Shown here: piece by piece, positions 25,576 to 38,000 of the stretch
Numbering within the stretch: position 1 is the stretch's first letter
Layout: the number at the start of each line of letters is the position of its first letter
From: Batkoa obscura
Lineage: Eukaryota
DNA: 64,000 nt
Assembly: GCA_030770535.1 (NCBI GenBank)
Contig: JASVEC010000002.1
Coordinates: forward strand, 1,116,001-1,180,000
Direction: 5' to 3'
Program-made: the position numbers and the translations under genes
Notes under the pieces: generated by a model
Databases searched by the model: none
Seen by the model: only the letters and a program-made list of their open reading frames with translations
Told to the model about the DNA's origin: nothing

Positions 25576-26200
25576 AAGCCTAATACTGATATAGCTTGTT
25601 TATTATAATCATCTAAATTTATTGAATCTGGTCTTGTTCCTATTTCCATATTTTGCTTAAAATCTAGAATCATTATACAACTTCTATTATTTAGTTTTTT
25701 AATAGTTTCATTAAATGTGTTTTTTGAGTATCAACATAGAATTTATGTAATTTGTATAACTTTTCTTCTATCTCTGCTTTGTTTTTTATTACTTGCTGTA
25801 TTTAATTCATTTTCAAGTAACTTTTTTCTAACTGTATACTGGGCACATGTATCACATAGATCCGTTTTTCTTGCTGGGTTTTTGAAACTACTTGATATAT
25901 ATTTAAAAACGTTGACCTAGCTCCTGCTTTATCTTTCAGATCATTCTTCTACTTTTATTTAATATATATATTATCTGATGAATATTTATTATCATTGCTT
26001 TTTTATTAAATCTTGATGAAATAGTTGAATCATTTAGTAAATATTGTATAATAGTTTCAATTTGGTCATCTTTAATTTTTTTTGTATTTTTAATAATAGG
26101 TTTTAATGTTGATATTTTATTATTATTACTTGTTTTTGAATAATCATATTGATTTCTATTTATATTAAGCCCAAAACTCTTACATTCATCAAAAGGATAC

Positions 26201-26296
26201 GGAGCTGTTTTTTTAGTTTCATTATTCTTCCACTTTTTAAGCGCTATTTGAGTGGAAAGATTGTAGTAAAATTCTTAAATACAAAAATACATCCCC
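26201..26296. mobile_element. MITE in transposase fragment
   Basis: ATAC/ATAT flanks; the empty site is at ~54988 in the full copy. Confidence 0.85.
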
Positions 26297-26522
26297 ATAT
26301 ACTAAAGCTATATTTGATAATAACGCTACTTGTTGATTTTTATTTCCTGTTTCCCTCAAAACACTAATTTTATACATTGGTTGGTTAAGTTTATTATCAT
26401 CGATAGTAAACTTTGATAATATATCTTTTCTTTGTTTTGTTTTATTATAAAATTCCATAAACCTTGGGTTGTTATGAGTAGCTTTTAAAATTGATGTAAA
26501 GGAATTACAATGTTTATATTGT

Positions 26523-26983
26523 TGTGAAATCTGGTACTCAGGGTTCGGAGTCAAGAACAGCTATTGCTTGGTTGACTACACTATAAGTCGAAAGGTCTTA
26601 GTTTATGTGACTAAGATACACTTGAATTATGAAGAATACTACGTGGTAGGTTACAGACTATGTGAGACAAATATAATAGACAATACCAATGTAAAATCTA
26701 TATAGAATACTATTAAGTAAACTTAGTGGCTTTATTAAATGTTCGAGATATCAAAGAATAATTCAGTCAAAAAGCCTCGAACTATTATACTCTGTAAACT
26801 CTTTTATACTCTGAAAAGTAGAAATATCAAAATGAGAAAATAATATTCTTTGGGATGGAGCTACAAATTCTCATAGCAAATCAAACTAAGAACGTGGGAT
26901 TGATTTTCTCTGGACTCGAAAACACAGCTTAGGTGATTGTTATGCTATAATTGACCATGGGACTGACAAAGCGATATTCCACA
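26523..26983 (-). mobile_element. Solo-LTR-like element, copy 2 (461 bp)
   Basis: TG...CA termini with a 4-bp TSD TTGT. The empty site is visible in the sibling transposon copy at ~41083. Confidence 0.82.
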
Positions 26984-28712
26984 TTGTGTACTCCTCCCTG
27001 TTGTATTAAAATTTTCAAAAATTACATTTGGAAGTTTAGTTACGAAAGTTTGCATTTTATTTTTATTTCAACAAAAAATAAAATCAAATAAATGTATTTA
27101 TATAACTATATAATTATATAATCATATAGTTATATATTATATATCTATTAAACATCTAACAGAAATAACATAAAACATATAATTAGGGAAATTAGCTATT
27201 TAAGAAAAGGAGACATTTAATTTTAGGCTTTTTAGATTTAACCGTCATATTAGACATAAACTTAAAATTTTAAATTTGGATTAATTTCTAAGTAAACTCT
27301 GAAACCAATTAGGACAGTCCCATATATTTAAACAAATTTATAAAATAAACAATAGTTTAAATATTGATCTTGATTATTTTGCTGAGCATCATGAAAGAGG
27401 TATAGTTGATGAGGATTCTGGAAATCTTTCAAAATGGAAAAGTAGTTTTGAAGCGTTAGGTAAAATAGAAGATATCAATTAATTAATTTCAAGATTTGAG
27501 ACTTTTATTTGCGAGCATAGTAAGATTAATAACTCGACTATTAATAATGGGAAAACAGATATAATTTTTAAAAAGTATAAAAGAAACAAAAATACAAAAA
27601 GAATAATAGAGATGCAGGGCATTAAGAAGTATTTACACTTTATTAAACATAACAATAAACTACATTGTTATCCAGTATCTGATACATCAAAAAAAGCGAT
27701 ATAGTCCCAATTAAAGTTATAGAGTCTATAGAAAACAGAAAAACTAAAAGATCAATTCCAGCTTACCTTATAAAAATAACAGAGAATTTTAAATTTTGGA
27801 TATTTGCTAAGCAAGTAAGTAGTTTGTTGAATGATAGAAATAGATTATTAAATGTCAAGATTACTTAAGTTATTAATAGCTAAGTTAATAAATAGTCAAA
27901 GAACAAGTAACTGTAATAATATGTAAAACTATTATTACTTGTACTATATAGGGATGGTTAATTATAGTTTTGGGGCTAACTACTCCCTCCCATGCAGCTA
28001 TTTATTAACTTGGCAATATATTAATAGTGTAATTATAACATTAAAATAGTTTATTTGATAATAAATCTACAATGCTGGTTATAAAGCAGTTGATAATAAA
28101 TATTTCTCAATTAAGCTTTATAAAAATATGTATTTAATATCTAGTAGAAATTCAACTAACTTATATTATGACCTATAATAGAATGATTTGGAACTATGTC
28201 CGGGTACTTTTGTTTTAATAAAAAAGTTGATTTTATATAATTTTAAGCGAAGTTTTTAAAATACAAAATTTTTCAAAAATTGGATAAAATAATGAAATTA
28301 ATTCAGACATCCCCATATTTTATTTATAATTTTATAATCCAATAATATCAAAAAAACTAAAAAAGTTTTAATAAAAAATAATTAACAGGCTTGAAAAACA
28401 TAATTATTTATTAGAATAATATAAATGAAGTTTGTTTACTGTTTATAAGCTATATTAATTTATTGCGTAAATTAAAAAAACTACTAAAGCATAACATTAA
28501 TTATTTCTTTGTAACGATTTGGTTTAGCTAAATAAATTGTTTATTAAAAAATTAAAAAATTAAAAAGATTGTTTTGTTTGGTATATTATTAATTGCTTTT
28601 GATTTTGTATAAAAATCTAGAAATTAACCCCTAACAAAAAGCTGATATTTAGACTAAACAATAGATTAGATTATAGTATGTTGTTTAATTGAGATCTTAT
28701 CAAGAATGCTGA

Positions 28713-28786
28713 GTTTCCGTGGTGTAGTTGGTTATCACATCTGTCTAACACACAGAAGGTCTCCAGTTCGAATCTGGACGGAAACA
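28713..28786 (+). tRNA. tRNA-Val(AAC)
   Basis: Acceptor GTTTCCG/CGGAAAC, anticodon arm TCTGT-CTAACAC-ACAGA, TTCGAAT T-loop, downstream T-run. Confidence 0.97.
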
Positions 28787-28938
28787 TTGTTTTTTCTCCT
28801 CTCTTAACAATATTATAGATTTGTAAATTAGTAAACAAATAAGGATTTGATGCAATTTGCACAGCATTTTTAGTTATTACTTTGAACATTTAATAAATAG
28901 GTCTTTAAGCTTAATAAACAACAGCACATCATTAATAT

Positions 28939-29037
28939 GGGGATGTATTTTTGTGTTTAAGAATTTTGCTAATAATTTTGCCACTCAAATAGTGCTTAAA
29001 AGATGGAAAAAATAATGAAGCCAAAAAAAACATCCCC
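28939..29037. mobile_element. MITE
   Basis: ATAT-GGGGATGT...ACATCCCC-ATAT. Confidence 0.9.
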
Positions 29038-29784
29038 ATATATTTTTTAATAATAATTGGAGATGTATCTTCTTGCTTAATAGTTTTATTAACAAATTTT
29101 CCGCTTAAATGGTTTGCTGTTTGTTTGTTTTTTATTAAAGCATTATTTGTAAATTAAATAGTTATTAATGAATATACTGTATAAAGTTTTGTAAATATAG
29201 TTGGATAGAAATCTAATCTATCAAATTAATTAAGACAATTATAGCTAAAAGGCCAAATCCAATCCTATATTTTATAACTTGCTAATTTTTTAGAATTTGA
29301 ACTTGGTAAAAATTCAATTTATAGTAATTTGTAAAAAATCTCATTTTAATACAATTAGTTTGTAAAAGGCTAAATCTAAATAAAGTTAAGTGTTTTTAAA
29401 TATTACGATTAAGGCCAGTATAAAAAAGCTTCTTCCATTTTTTATTTTTTGTTCTATTAAATTAATATAGCTTTGTTAAAACCCACTTTTAATTTACTAA
29501 TATTTTTATGTTTTAAGTCTTTATTGAAATATATCCTTAATAGCTATATAATCGTAAACAACAGTTTTTTACATATTATAAGTTATTTTGCAATATGTTT
29601 TGAATCTAGTCTTTTATGCTAAACTTTTTTATTAAGCTTTATATAAGGATGTATTTTTTTATTTGAAATTTTTACTAGTAGCCTTTTCACTTAAATACAA
29701 TAGCATTTAAAACATGAAAAGAGCGATAAAATTAGAAAATACTCCTCCTATACTATTTATTAATTTAAAAGTCTAGCAACATAT

Positions 29785-29983
29785 GGGGATATATTTTTGT
29801 ATTTAAGAGTTTTACTAGCAATTTTTCCACTCAAGTAACGCTTAAAGATGCAAAAAGTCATGAACCCAAAAAACATCACCATATGAGAGTGTCTTTTTTG
29901 ACTTCATTATTTTTTCTATTTTTTAAGCGCCATTTAAGCGGAAAATTTGTTGGTAAAATTCTTAAACACAAAAATACATCCCC
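29785..29983. mobile_element. Two MITEs in opposite orientation sharing one ATAT (29785-29880, 29885-29983)
   Basis: ATAT at 29781, 29881 and 29984. Confidence 0.88.
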
Positions 29984-30181
29984 ATATTTAAAAAATAATA
30001 TTAAAAGGCATCAATTTAAGAATTTATTAAATTATGTACTTTTTTTGTTAAATATGTTTATCATCTTTGCCATATTTTATATTGCTATGTTTTTTTAATT
30101 TTATAACTTTTTCCGTTTTTTAAGCATTTTTCAAGCAGAACTAATTGTTAGTAAAATTCTTAAACATAAAAATACATCCCC

Positions 30182-30585
30182 TTGTGTTCTCGAGTTCAGA
30201 GACAATCAGTCCCACACTCTTATTTTCATTTGCTATGAGAATTTCTATCTTCGTCCAAAGAATATTATCTTCTTGCTTTGATATTTGTACTTGTCAGAGT
30301 ATAAAAGAGATTTTAAAACATAGTAGCTCGAGGCTTTTTAACTGGATTATCCCCTGATATCTCGTACATTTGATAAAGCCGCTAAGTTTTCTTAATAGTA
30401 TTTTACATAGATTTTACATTGGTATTGTCTATTATATTTGTCTCACATAGTCTGTAACCTACTACGTAGTATTCTTCATAATTCAAGTGTATTTTAGTCA
30501 CATTAACTAAGACCTTTCGACTTATAGTATAGTCAACTAGCCAATAACTATTTTTGACTGCAATCACTGAGTACCAGATTTTACA
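30182..30585 (+). mobile_element. Solo-LTR-like element, copy 3 (5'-truncated, diverged)
   Basis: Homologous to 25171-25575, ends ...CAGATTTTACA, abuts a MITE end at 30181. Confidence 0.75.
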
Positions 30586-30671
30586 AAGTGTTGTTTAAAC
30601 AAAAGTCATCAACCAAACTTTTAAATAAAAAAACATGTCATTGTGTACAGAAAGTCAAAGCTTCATAATAT

Positions 30672-30759
30672 GGGAGTGTTTTTTTTGACTTCATTACTTT
30701 TTCCATTTTTTAAGCACTATTTGAGTGGAAAAAGTAATGAAGCCAAAAAAAACACTCCC
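30672..30759. mobile_element. Palindromic MITE variant (two B-type ends)
   Basis: ~34-bp inverted arms with ATAT TSDs. Confidence 0.85.
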
Positions 30760-30797
30760 ATATGTTTAAATTATAATTAACAAAAAAATTCAATTTT

Positions 30798-30953
30798 ATG
30801 ACATTTTATTATTTTCTACAATATAATAATGTTTTTCTATTTATTTTTTAATTTTCATTTAAAAGCAACAATTTATGAAATGTTTTTTATTTTAAGCCAA
30901 AAAATAAAAATAAATAGAAAAACATTCTTATTCTAGAAAATAATAAATATCAT
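30798..30953. repeat. ~50-bp imperfect inverted repeat (unrelated hairpin element)
   Basis: 30798-30848 pairs with 30901-30953. Confidence 0.6.
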
Positions 30954-31307
30954 TTGTTTTATTCTTCACAATTTTAAACTATTAAAATTTCTTGATATAT
31001 TATTTGCTCCTTTTTCTTAATTTCTTGGTATATTATTTGCTCCTTTTTATTAAAAATCTCATGTATACTTTTATGATCCAAACCCTTGTGCTATTAAGAA
31101 AATTGTAGCTTTCTATTAATCACCCCTCTTGATAAAAAAAATACCATTAGAAGCTATGATTATTAATAGAAATTTCGAAGTATAAAATAGCTTTGAATGA
31201 TTTGACAAGAATGTCCAATGACCAAAAGTTCAAAATGTATGATCAAAATAGCGGTTTATAAATTAGCTTAATAAATTTTTTGGCATTTATTACTTTTTTA
31301 ATTAAAA

Positions 31308-32987
31308 ATGATCAATAACTTAGATGAAGAATTTGTTATAAAAAATAAAGAAGTTGCATTTAAAGCAGAAGAATTAGGAGCGCGACGGATGGCCAGTATT
31401 CGTAGTATAATGAATCGAAAAGAATTATGGACAAGTTATGCAGGGATCTTTTTAATCTCCTATATAACTTCTTTAGAAGGTGATCTTAGATCAGATCTGT
31501 TAAACATAGCCTTGAGTGATTTTCAAACCAATTCTTTAACCAGTATCTTTTTTTTGGTTACTAATTTAATAGGTTTGATTTTAATCCCATTGTATTCCAA
31601 ATTGACGGATTATTTTGGACGTATTGAAATGTATTTTGTTGCTTTATCGTTTTATTTATTAGGCTTGGCGCTTATCTCTTTTGCTAATTTATTTCCTGTG
31701 TATTATGCTGGCTGGTTAATTACAAACATTGGTGCTACTGGTTATGAAAGTATTAAATTAATTATAATAGCTGACTTGAGTTCATTAGCAAATCGAGCCA
31801 ACTTAAGTGTTTTAGATTCAATACCTGTTGTTATCAACAGTTGGGTTGGTTCTTTACTTTTAACCCCAATCTCTGAAAATCTTGGGTGGCGATGGGGTAG
31901 TCTAATTCCAATTATTGCTTTTGTTCCATGTATTGGTTTATTTTTTGGGACCATGTTTTATTTACAACGTAAAGCTAGAAGACAAACAGACACTTTTATA
32001 AGTATTAAATGCTTTGGAATTCTTAATGGTTTAAAAAATGTTTATAATGAAATTGATATTATTGGATTTGTCTTATTAATAACCAGCTTAATAATGATAT
32101 TACTTCCTATAAATATCGCTGGGACTTTAGAAGATGGTTGGAGTACACCTAGTATGATAGCTTTAATGGTGATTGGAGGTATTTTGTTTATGGGATTACT
32201 ATTATGGGAAAGTGATTATGCCAAGCTTCCCTTAATTCCTTTAGAACTGTTAAAGACAAAAACCACATTAGGGGCCATTTTAATATTATCCTTATCTGCT
32301 ATGGATGCTGGTTTGAATTGGCAGTATTTTTATTTATATTTTATGATTACTCGTAAATTAGATCCAACGAGTGCTTCTTTGCTATTCAAAGGATATCAAA
32401 TGTGTTATTTAATTTCTGGACTTATTACTGGAATTTTAATTAAAAAAAATTATAACTTCAAATATATTTTGATTGTTGGCGCTGGTTTAAATTGTATAGC
32501 TTTAGGAACAATGATATCAGCAAGGTTTCCACATTCAAGTGAAGTTGCCATTCATGCAACTCAATCTATTGCAGGGATAGGACAAGCTATCTTAGATATA
32601 TGTGTGGTTATAGCTTATCAAGGTTCGGTAAATAGAAAAGACGTAGCAACTATAACTAGTATTGCTCAAATTTTTCGTGGAGTTTCTACTGCCTTTGGTG
32701 GTACATTAGCAGGTATGATTTGGAATCAAGTGATACCTGAATTTATTAACCAAAAGGTAAAAGGTGAAATTGATCTTACTAGAACTATGAATGAGATTAG
32801 TTATGTTCGGGATTTACCAGATAGCCAATTTGAGCAAGTAGTAGCAGCATTTGGGGATGGGCAGATGATTATTTCTGCTATATCTTGTGGATTAGCTGGA
32901 TTGGGGTTTTTAATTGCTATTTTTATGATTAAGCCCATTGATGTTTATGACAAGCAAAGGTTTGATGGTAGAATAACCGATGATTAA
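31308..32987 (+). CDS. MFS siderophore-iron transporter, tandem paralogue of 22289..24001
   Basis: 559 aa, collinear with the first transporter, sharing long identical blocks (MDAGLNWQYFYLYFMI, ARFPHSS, FGDGQMIISA). Confidence 0.9.
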   Translation: MINNLDEEFVIKNKEVAFKAEELGARRMASIRSIMNRKELWTSYAGIFLISYITSLEGDLRSDLLNIALSDFQTNSLTSIFFLVTNLIGLILIPLYSKLTDYFGRIEMYFVALSFYLLGLALISFANLFPVYYAGWLITNIGATGYESIKLIIIADLSSLANRANLSVLDSIPVVINSWVGSLLLTPISENLGWRWGSLIPIIAFVPCIGLFFGTMFYLQRKARRQTDTFISIKCFGILNGLKNVYNEIDIIGFVLLITSLIMILLPINIAGTLEDGWSTPSMIALMVIGGILFMGLLLWESDYAKLPLIPLELLKTKTTLGAILILSLSAMDAGLNWQYFYLYFMITRKLDPTSASLLFKGYQMCYLISGLITGILIKKNYNFKYILIVGAGLNCIALGTMISARFPHSSEVAIHATQSIAGIGQAILDICVVIAYQGSVNRKDVATITSIAQIFRGVSTAFGGTLAGMIWNQVIPEFINQKVKGEIDLTRTMNEISYVRDLPDSQFEQVVAAFGDGQMIISAISCGLAGLGFLIAIFMIKPIDVYDKQRFDGRITDD

Positions 32988-33246
32988 TAATTTTAAATAG
33001 CTTCAATTGGAATTTTAGTGTAGTTTTGTTTTTACTATTTATATAAACATAGTGCTTTATAGTTAATAAGTTTATTTTTATCATTATTTGTAGTTTACTA
33101 AAAGTTTGAAAAATTATGAATTCAATAGAAGTTCAATAATATTTAGCATTTAATAAAAATATGATATATAAAATAAATATATTATTTTTTTACTTTTAAT
33201 TATTGCTTTATAATCTACAACCTAATATTACTATGATTTAATATAC

Positions 33247-33344
33247 GAGCGCGTTTTTTTAGCTTCTTCGCTTTTTTCATCTTTTAATTGCTATTTAAAT
33301 GGAAAAATTGTTAGTAAAATTCTCAAACACAAAAACACATCCCT
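33247..33344. mobile_element. MITE
   Basis: Family consensus, diverged. Confidence 0.8.
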
Positions 33345-33698
33345 ATATTAAATGTCAGTTTATTAGTTATGATATAATTTAACATAATTAATATACAAAA
33401 GCCCTGAATTATGCTTTGGTCATGGAAAATACTATTGGTATTTCTTCAAACAAAAGTTTTTAGCAGTAATAAGTCATCAAGTTAACTAAAGTTATCTCAC
33501 TTACATTAATCATGAAATAGCCATTGATGGCGCTAACAGCAATATTAAAAATTGGATAAAAATCTTCCCCTAAGCGGAACACTATTGGCTTACTCAGCTT
33601 AGGTATCCTTTTGGTGCGTAATTTATATTCATTTTAGTACAAAGAAAATATATAAGAATTATGAGAAGTCCACTTTCATTAACTCATAACTAGTGTAT

Positions 33699-33799
33699 GG
33701 AGATGTATTGCTGTATTCAAGATTTTTACTAATAACTTTTCCACTTGAATAGCCCGCTTAAAATATAGAAAAAGTAATGAAGCCAAGGAAAACACCCTC
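33699..33799. mobile_element. MITE
   Basis: Family consensus, diverged. Confidence 0.8.
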
Positions 33800-34275
33800 A
33801 TATTAATATTTGTATATTGACTAAAATGCCAACAGGATCTTTAATATAATGTAGAAGTATTTTTGTTTTTATTTTCAGTTGAGTAATTCCTAATTATTCT
33901 CATACAATTCTACCAGATCAATTCCTCCAGAACTTAGTTAATTGGTATGTATATGATCCATTGATAGGAGTTATATAGTAGATCAGATTTAATGTCTTTT
34001 AAACAGTTTAACATGTAACTTTGCTTTGCCACAGATAAATAAGAATTCATAAAACAAATTAGTGAATCAGATTAAGTTGATAAATATTTATTCATTGAAG
34101 CTACATTAATAGATTTAAAATAAACTGTTAGTACATAAGTAATTGGGATAAGTTTCTCATATATTTAATATACTATTATTTAAAACTAGTGATTTATTAA
34201 CTATACCCGCGACTAAAATAAGTTTTATATTTGAGATATCATTCTTTACGTAAAAATTAGTAAAGTTAAAACAAT

Positions 34276-34374
34276 GGGGATGTATTTTTATGTTTAAGAA
34301 TTTTACTAACAAATTTTCCGCTCAAATAGTGCTTAAAAAATGGAAAAAATAATGAAGTAAAAAAAAACACTCCC
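34276..34374. mobile_element. MITE
   Basis: GGGGATGT...CACTCCC-ATAT. Confidence 0.88.
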
Positions 34375-35094
34375 ATATATTACTTGCAGTTAAGATTAAA
34401 AGAAGTAAAGTTGTCTTCAAAAGTCAGGTTATCATTTAATTTTTCGATTACTTCAAAAGTGCTGTTAGTTAATATGTTATCTTTTTCTACTTATAGTTGG
34501 TAAGGAGTTTTAAAGTTGCACTGCTCAAGGGTAGTAGTAATGGTTAATAGTATATAAATGGAGTACACAGTGGTAAAGAGAATGGTTATTAAAAATGGAG
34601 TATCTAATCAACAGTTTCTTTTAATTAGTATATTATATACTCTTCAACTTAGATATAAAATAATGATAATATTAAATCCTGTTTTATTTTTTGAATGTTC
34701 TTTTTTAATCTTTTATACCTGTATTTATCAAAGTTAAAGGAGCTATATAATATAACTTTAAATTTCACAATAAGGAAATAAAATTTCAACATAAATATGA
34801 ATTACATAATGGTTAAAATAATTGAATTGTATATTTTTATAAAACTATTATTTAAATGATTTAAATACTTGATTGTACATTTTTATATTTTAAAAGTTGC
34901 ATTGAAATTAAACAGTCGTTTAATTATTTGTAATATAGCTTGAAATATTTTGTAAACTCCAATTATATATTTGATGTGATCTAACACATTATTTTAAATT
35001 GTTCAAGTCAGTATAGAAAATCAAATAAAAAATTTATTAGAACGAATAAAAGAGAAGTACATAAAATAAAATAGAAAGAAGAAAAGAAATAAGG

Positions 35095-38000
35095 TTACCA
35101 TCTTTTACCCAAAAACTTTGATAAATTTGGAAACCAAGCTTTAAAGGCCCAAAACAATACTTTAGTTTGCTGATCACTTTTAAAACTTTCAAGTAAAGGG
35201 TTAAACCTAAATAAATGAATAAAAATAAATAATATAATATAACAAATATTAATACCTTAAATCTAAACAGGTAAGATTTACATTTTTACAGTTGATAAAT
35301 GCTTCGATATTATTTATCAAATTATTTTTTAAAGATAAAAAGAATAATTGATTAGGAATAATTTCTTTTTCCAGTCTAATTTGATTATCATTGGCTTCCA
35401 AAGCAATTAAATTATTACATTTATCTAAAATAAAGTTTGGTATACAACTCAACTTATTATCTGAGATATCTAAATATTGTAAATTTATAAACATAACTGG
35501 ATCCCATTGTTCAAGGAGAGAGAATACAGAAGGTGAATCTAGGTAATATAAATATACATTTAAATTTAAATATGAATAATAATTTACTTTTGGAAATCAA
35601 ATATTTCAAATTGGATGGTGTAGTAGAAATAGAAGACATATTCTTTGTCGCATTAAACTTTGAGTAAGAAAGGCTTAAAAAGTGAATATTTTTTAAATCA
35701 TTAAAAGGAGGCAAAGTAAAATTATTTAAATTATTTAAACTTAATTTTTTTAAGTTTGAACATGTTAATTTTAAACAAGGTAATTTTGAAATAGAAGTGC
35801 CACTTAAATTCAGTTTGATTAAATTATTGTTTTGTCCATAAACACGAGTTATATTATTATTGTTTGCTTTGATACTTTCTAATCTACTAGGACTTAATTT
35901 TAACTTCGTTAGTTGGTTATTTTCTAAGTTTATTCGTTTTAGGTTAGGCCTAAAACATGCTCTGATTAACTTGTTATTATAATCATGTCATATTAAATAC
36001 TTACATAATTTGATTTAAAGTAGAGAATGAAATATCATTTAACGAATTATATGAAATATCAAAATCAACAAGATTTAAAAATGTGCCATAGATAACAGTA
36101 ATGTTATTATGACTTAAATTTAAATGCTTCAGATTTTTAAGTTGATGAAATACTAAAAATAGAACTAATTAATACAAAATTATTATATTGTTATTAAATA
36201 ATAATTACCTTTCATATCTTTAAGTTTACAATATTTTAACTTAACAGAAGCCAAATGGTCCATAGACATAAAATAAAAATTCCAATAATTAAAATCTATT
36301 GAATCCATAGAGTCTTCCCTTTCTAGATCATATGTCTGTGTATGTTTATCTACCATTAACTTCATTGTATTATTTAATGAGTAGCTCTTTTTTGGAAAGG
36401 AATAATCCAGACTGTCGTTGACATTAATACTTTGTTTACTACTACCTTCTTTATTACTATTAGATAAACGACTATTCATTTCATCGTTATATCCCTTAGC
36501 ATGGTTTTTGGTAACTTAAATAGAGTTAACATTTAAATTTAACTTTTAATATATTTTATCCTTACTATTTATTTCTAAGCTCTTTTTTTTATTTAATATT
36601 TTATTTTCTTTGTTTTTGTTTTTATTTAAGAATGCTTTTAAATCCAATTCCTCTTCATCTTCTTCATTGTCTGAGTCCTTATTATCATTACTATCAACAC
36701 TTGATATACTTTCATTTAATTGGGTTTTATTATTTAAGAATTCCGTCAGACTTTCTTCTTCCTCTTCTTCTTGGTTTAAATTGTCTTTTAGTAAATTATC
36801 GATATTACTTTTATGGTCATTTAAGTTGTTACTTAAGCTAGCTGGCTTGTCTTTATTTAAAAAGGCATTCAAATCCAAATCTAAATCTAAGTTAGCATTT
36901 TCTTGATTTTGCTTCAAGTACTTGTTTAGTTCCACTTTTCTTTTGATATTATTTGTATTTGTATTTAATATGTTACTATTGCTATTGATATTTAATATAC
37001 TACTGCTATTGTTCAATATATTGTTGTTGTTCCCTTTAGCAGCATTTATCATATTTTTAAATTCTGTGCTATTTAATTTAAGTGTTTTGATTGACTTGAA
37101 TGGATCGTCTTCATCTTCCATCAATGGCTTCCACTTTAAATTTAACGAATCAAATTTCATATTATTAACTAGTTTCGGTACATTGCCTAATTGATGGGGT
37201 TGAATCAATACAGGATAAGAATCCAAATAGTAATATGGTAAAATTCCATATTTCTTCAATTGTTCTGCTACCCTATCTGGCCCTAATTTACTTTGTTTCG
37301 TTTTGAAAAATTCTTCCCATAATTCCATACTAATAGGACTATTATTTTTAATCTTACTGTTAGTATTATTATTATTATTACTGAGGTTCATTTCCTTCCT
37401 AAAGCTATTGGTGATTATCTCATTTGTAATCATCTGTTTTGGTTGATTTTGATTGGGTGTAGCTAAATTATTACTCTTTTTAGATAAAGTGGAACTGGAT
37501 CTTGGTTCGCTTAGATCACCGATCTCTAAGGGCAGCTCTTTGAGCCAATCATGTTCATTGATATCTTCATCGAATGAGAAAGAATTGTTTTGATTAACAT
37601 ATTCCCCTTCGTTAATTGCACTGCATTCACTTTCACTTTGCATCTTTAGCCATTCCCAAGTGGGTGGGTGCGGAGTTAACATTCGAAATGGACTTGGGCG
37701 ATTACTTAATTGAGCACTCAAGTTGGGGGCAGATACCATCCTCTTAATTCCTTTCTCTGAGGAAGAACCTTGAGATAAAGAAGATGTTTTATCGCTTTCA
37801 CTACCATCTAACTGATTTAATAATTGACTTAAATTATTTTGTGTATCTAAATCATACTGCGAAGGGAATAATTCTAAATTGCTAGTGTTACTCGTTTTAT
37901 TATTAATTCTCCCCCCCTCATTACTTACACTTCGTTTCATTTTTTCTTCTTTTATTAAACCTTGGGGCGCAGTATGTGGTCGATCTGGTACTTCTTTAAT

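Larger units (their letters stand above)
24998..28314. mobile_element. Rearranged Sola-like DNA transposon complex (left end, inverted 5' half with second left end at 27321, 3' half, right end)
   Basis: ATAT-GGGGCTGTCC... at 24998 and ...AGACATCCCC-ATAT at 28314. Internal inverted left end at 27321. Transposase fragments on both strands are homologous to 54410-57460. Confidence 0.88.

Noticed and set aside
25112..26983. The two LTR-like copies as the ends of one retrotransposon or of an LTR-mediated inversion
   Set aside because: They are inverted, enclose only Sola sequence, and copy 2 keeps its own matching TSD.
28671..28889. 72-aa ORF
   Set aside because: It is the antisense reading of tRNA-Val.
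29883..30357. Short ORFs at 29883, 30145, 26149 and 42264
   Set aside because: They are translations of MITE or LTR sequence.
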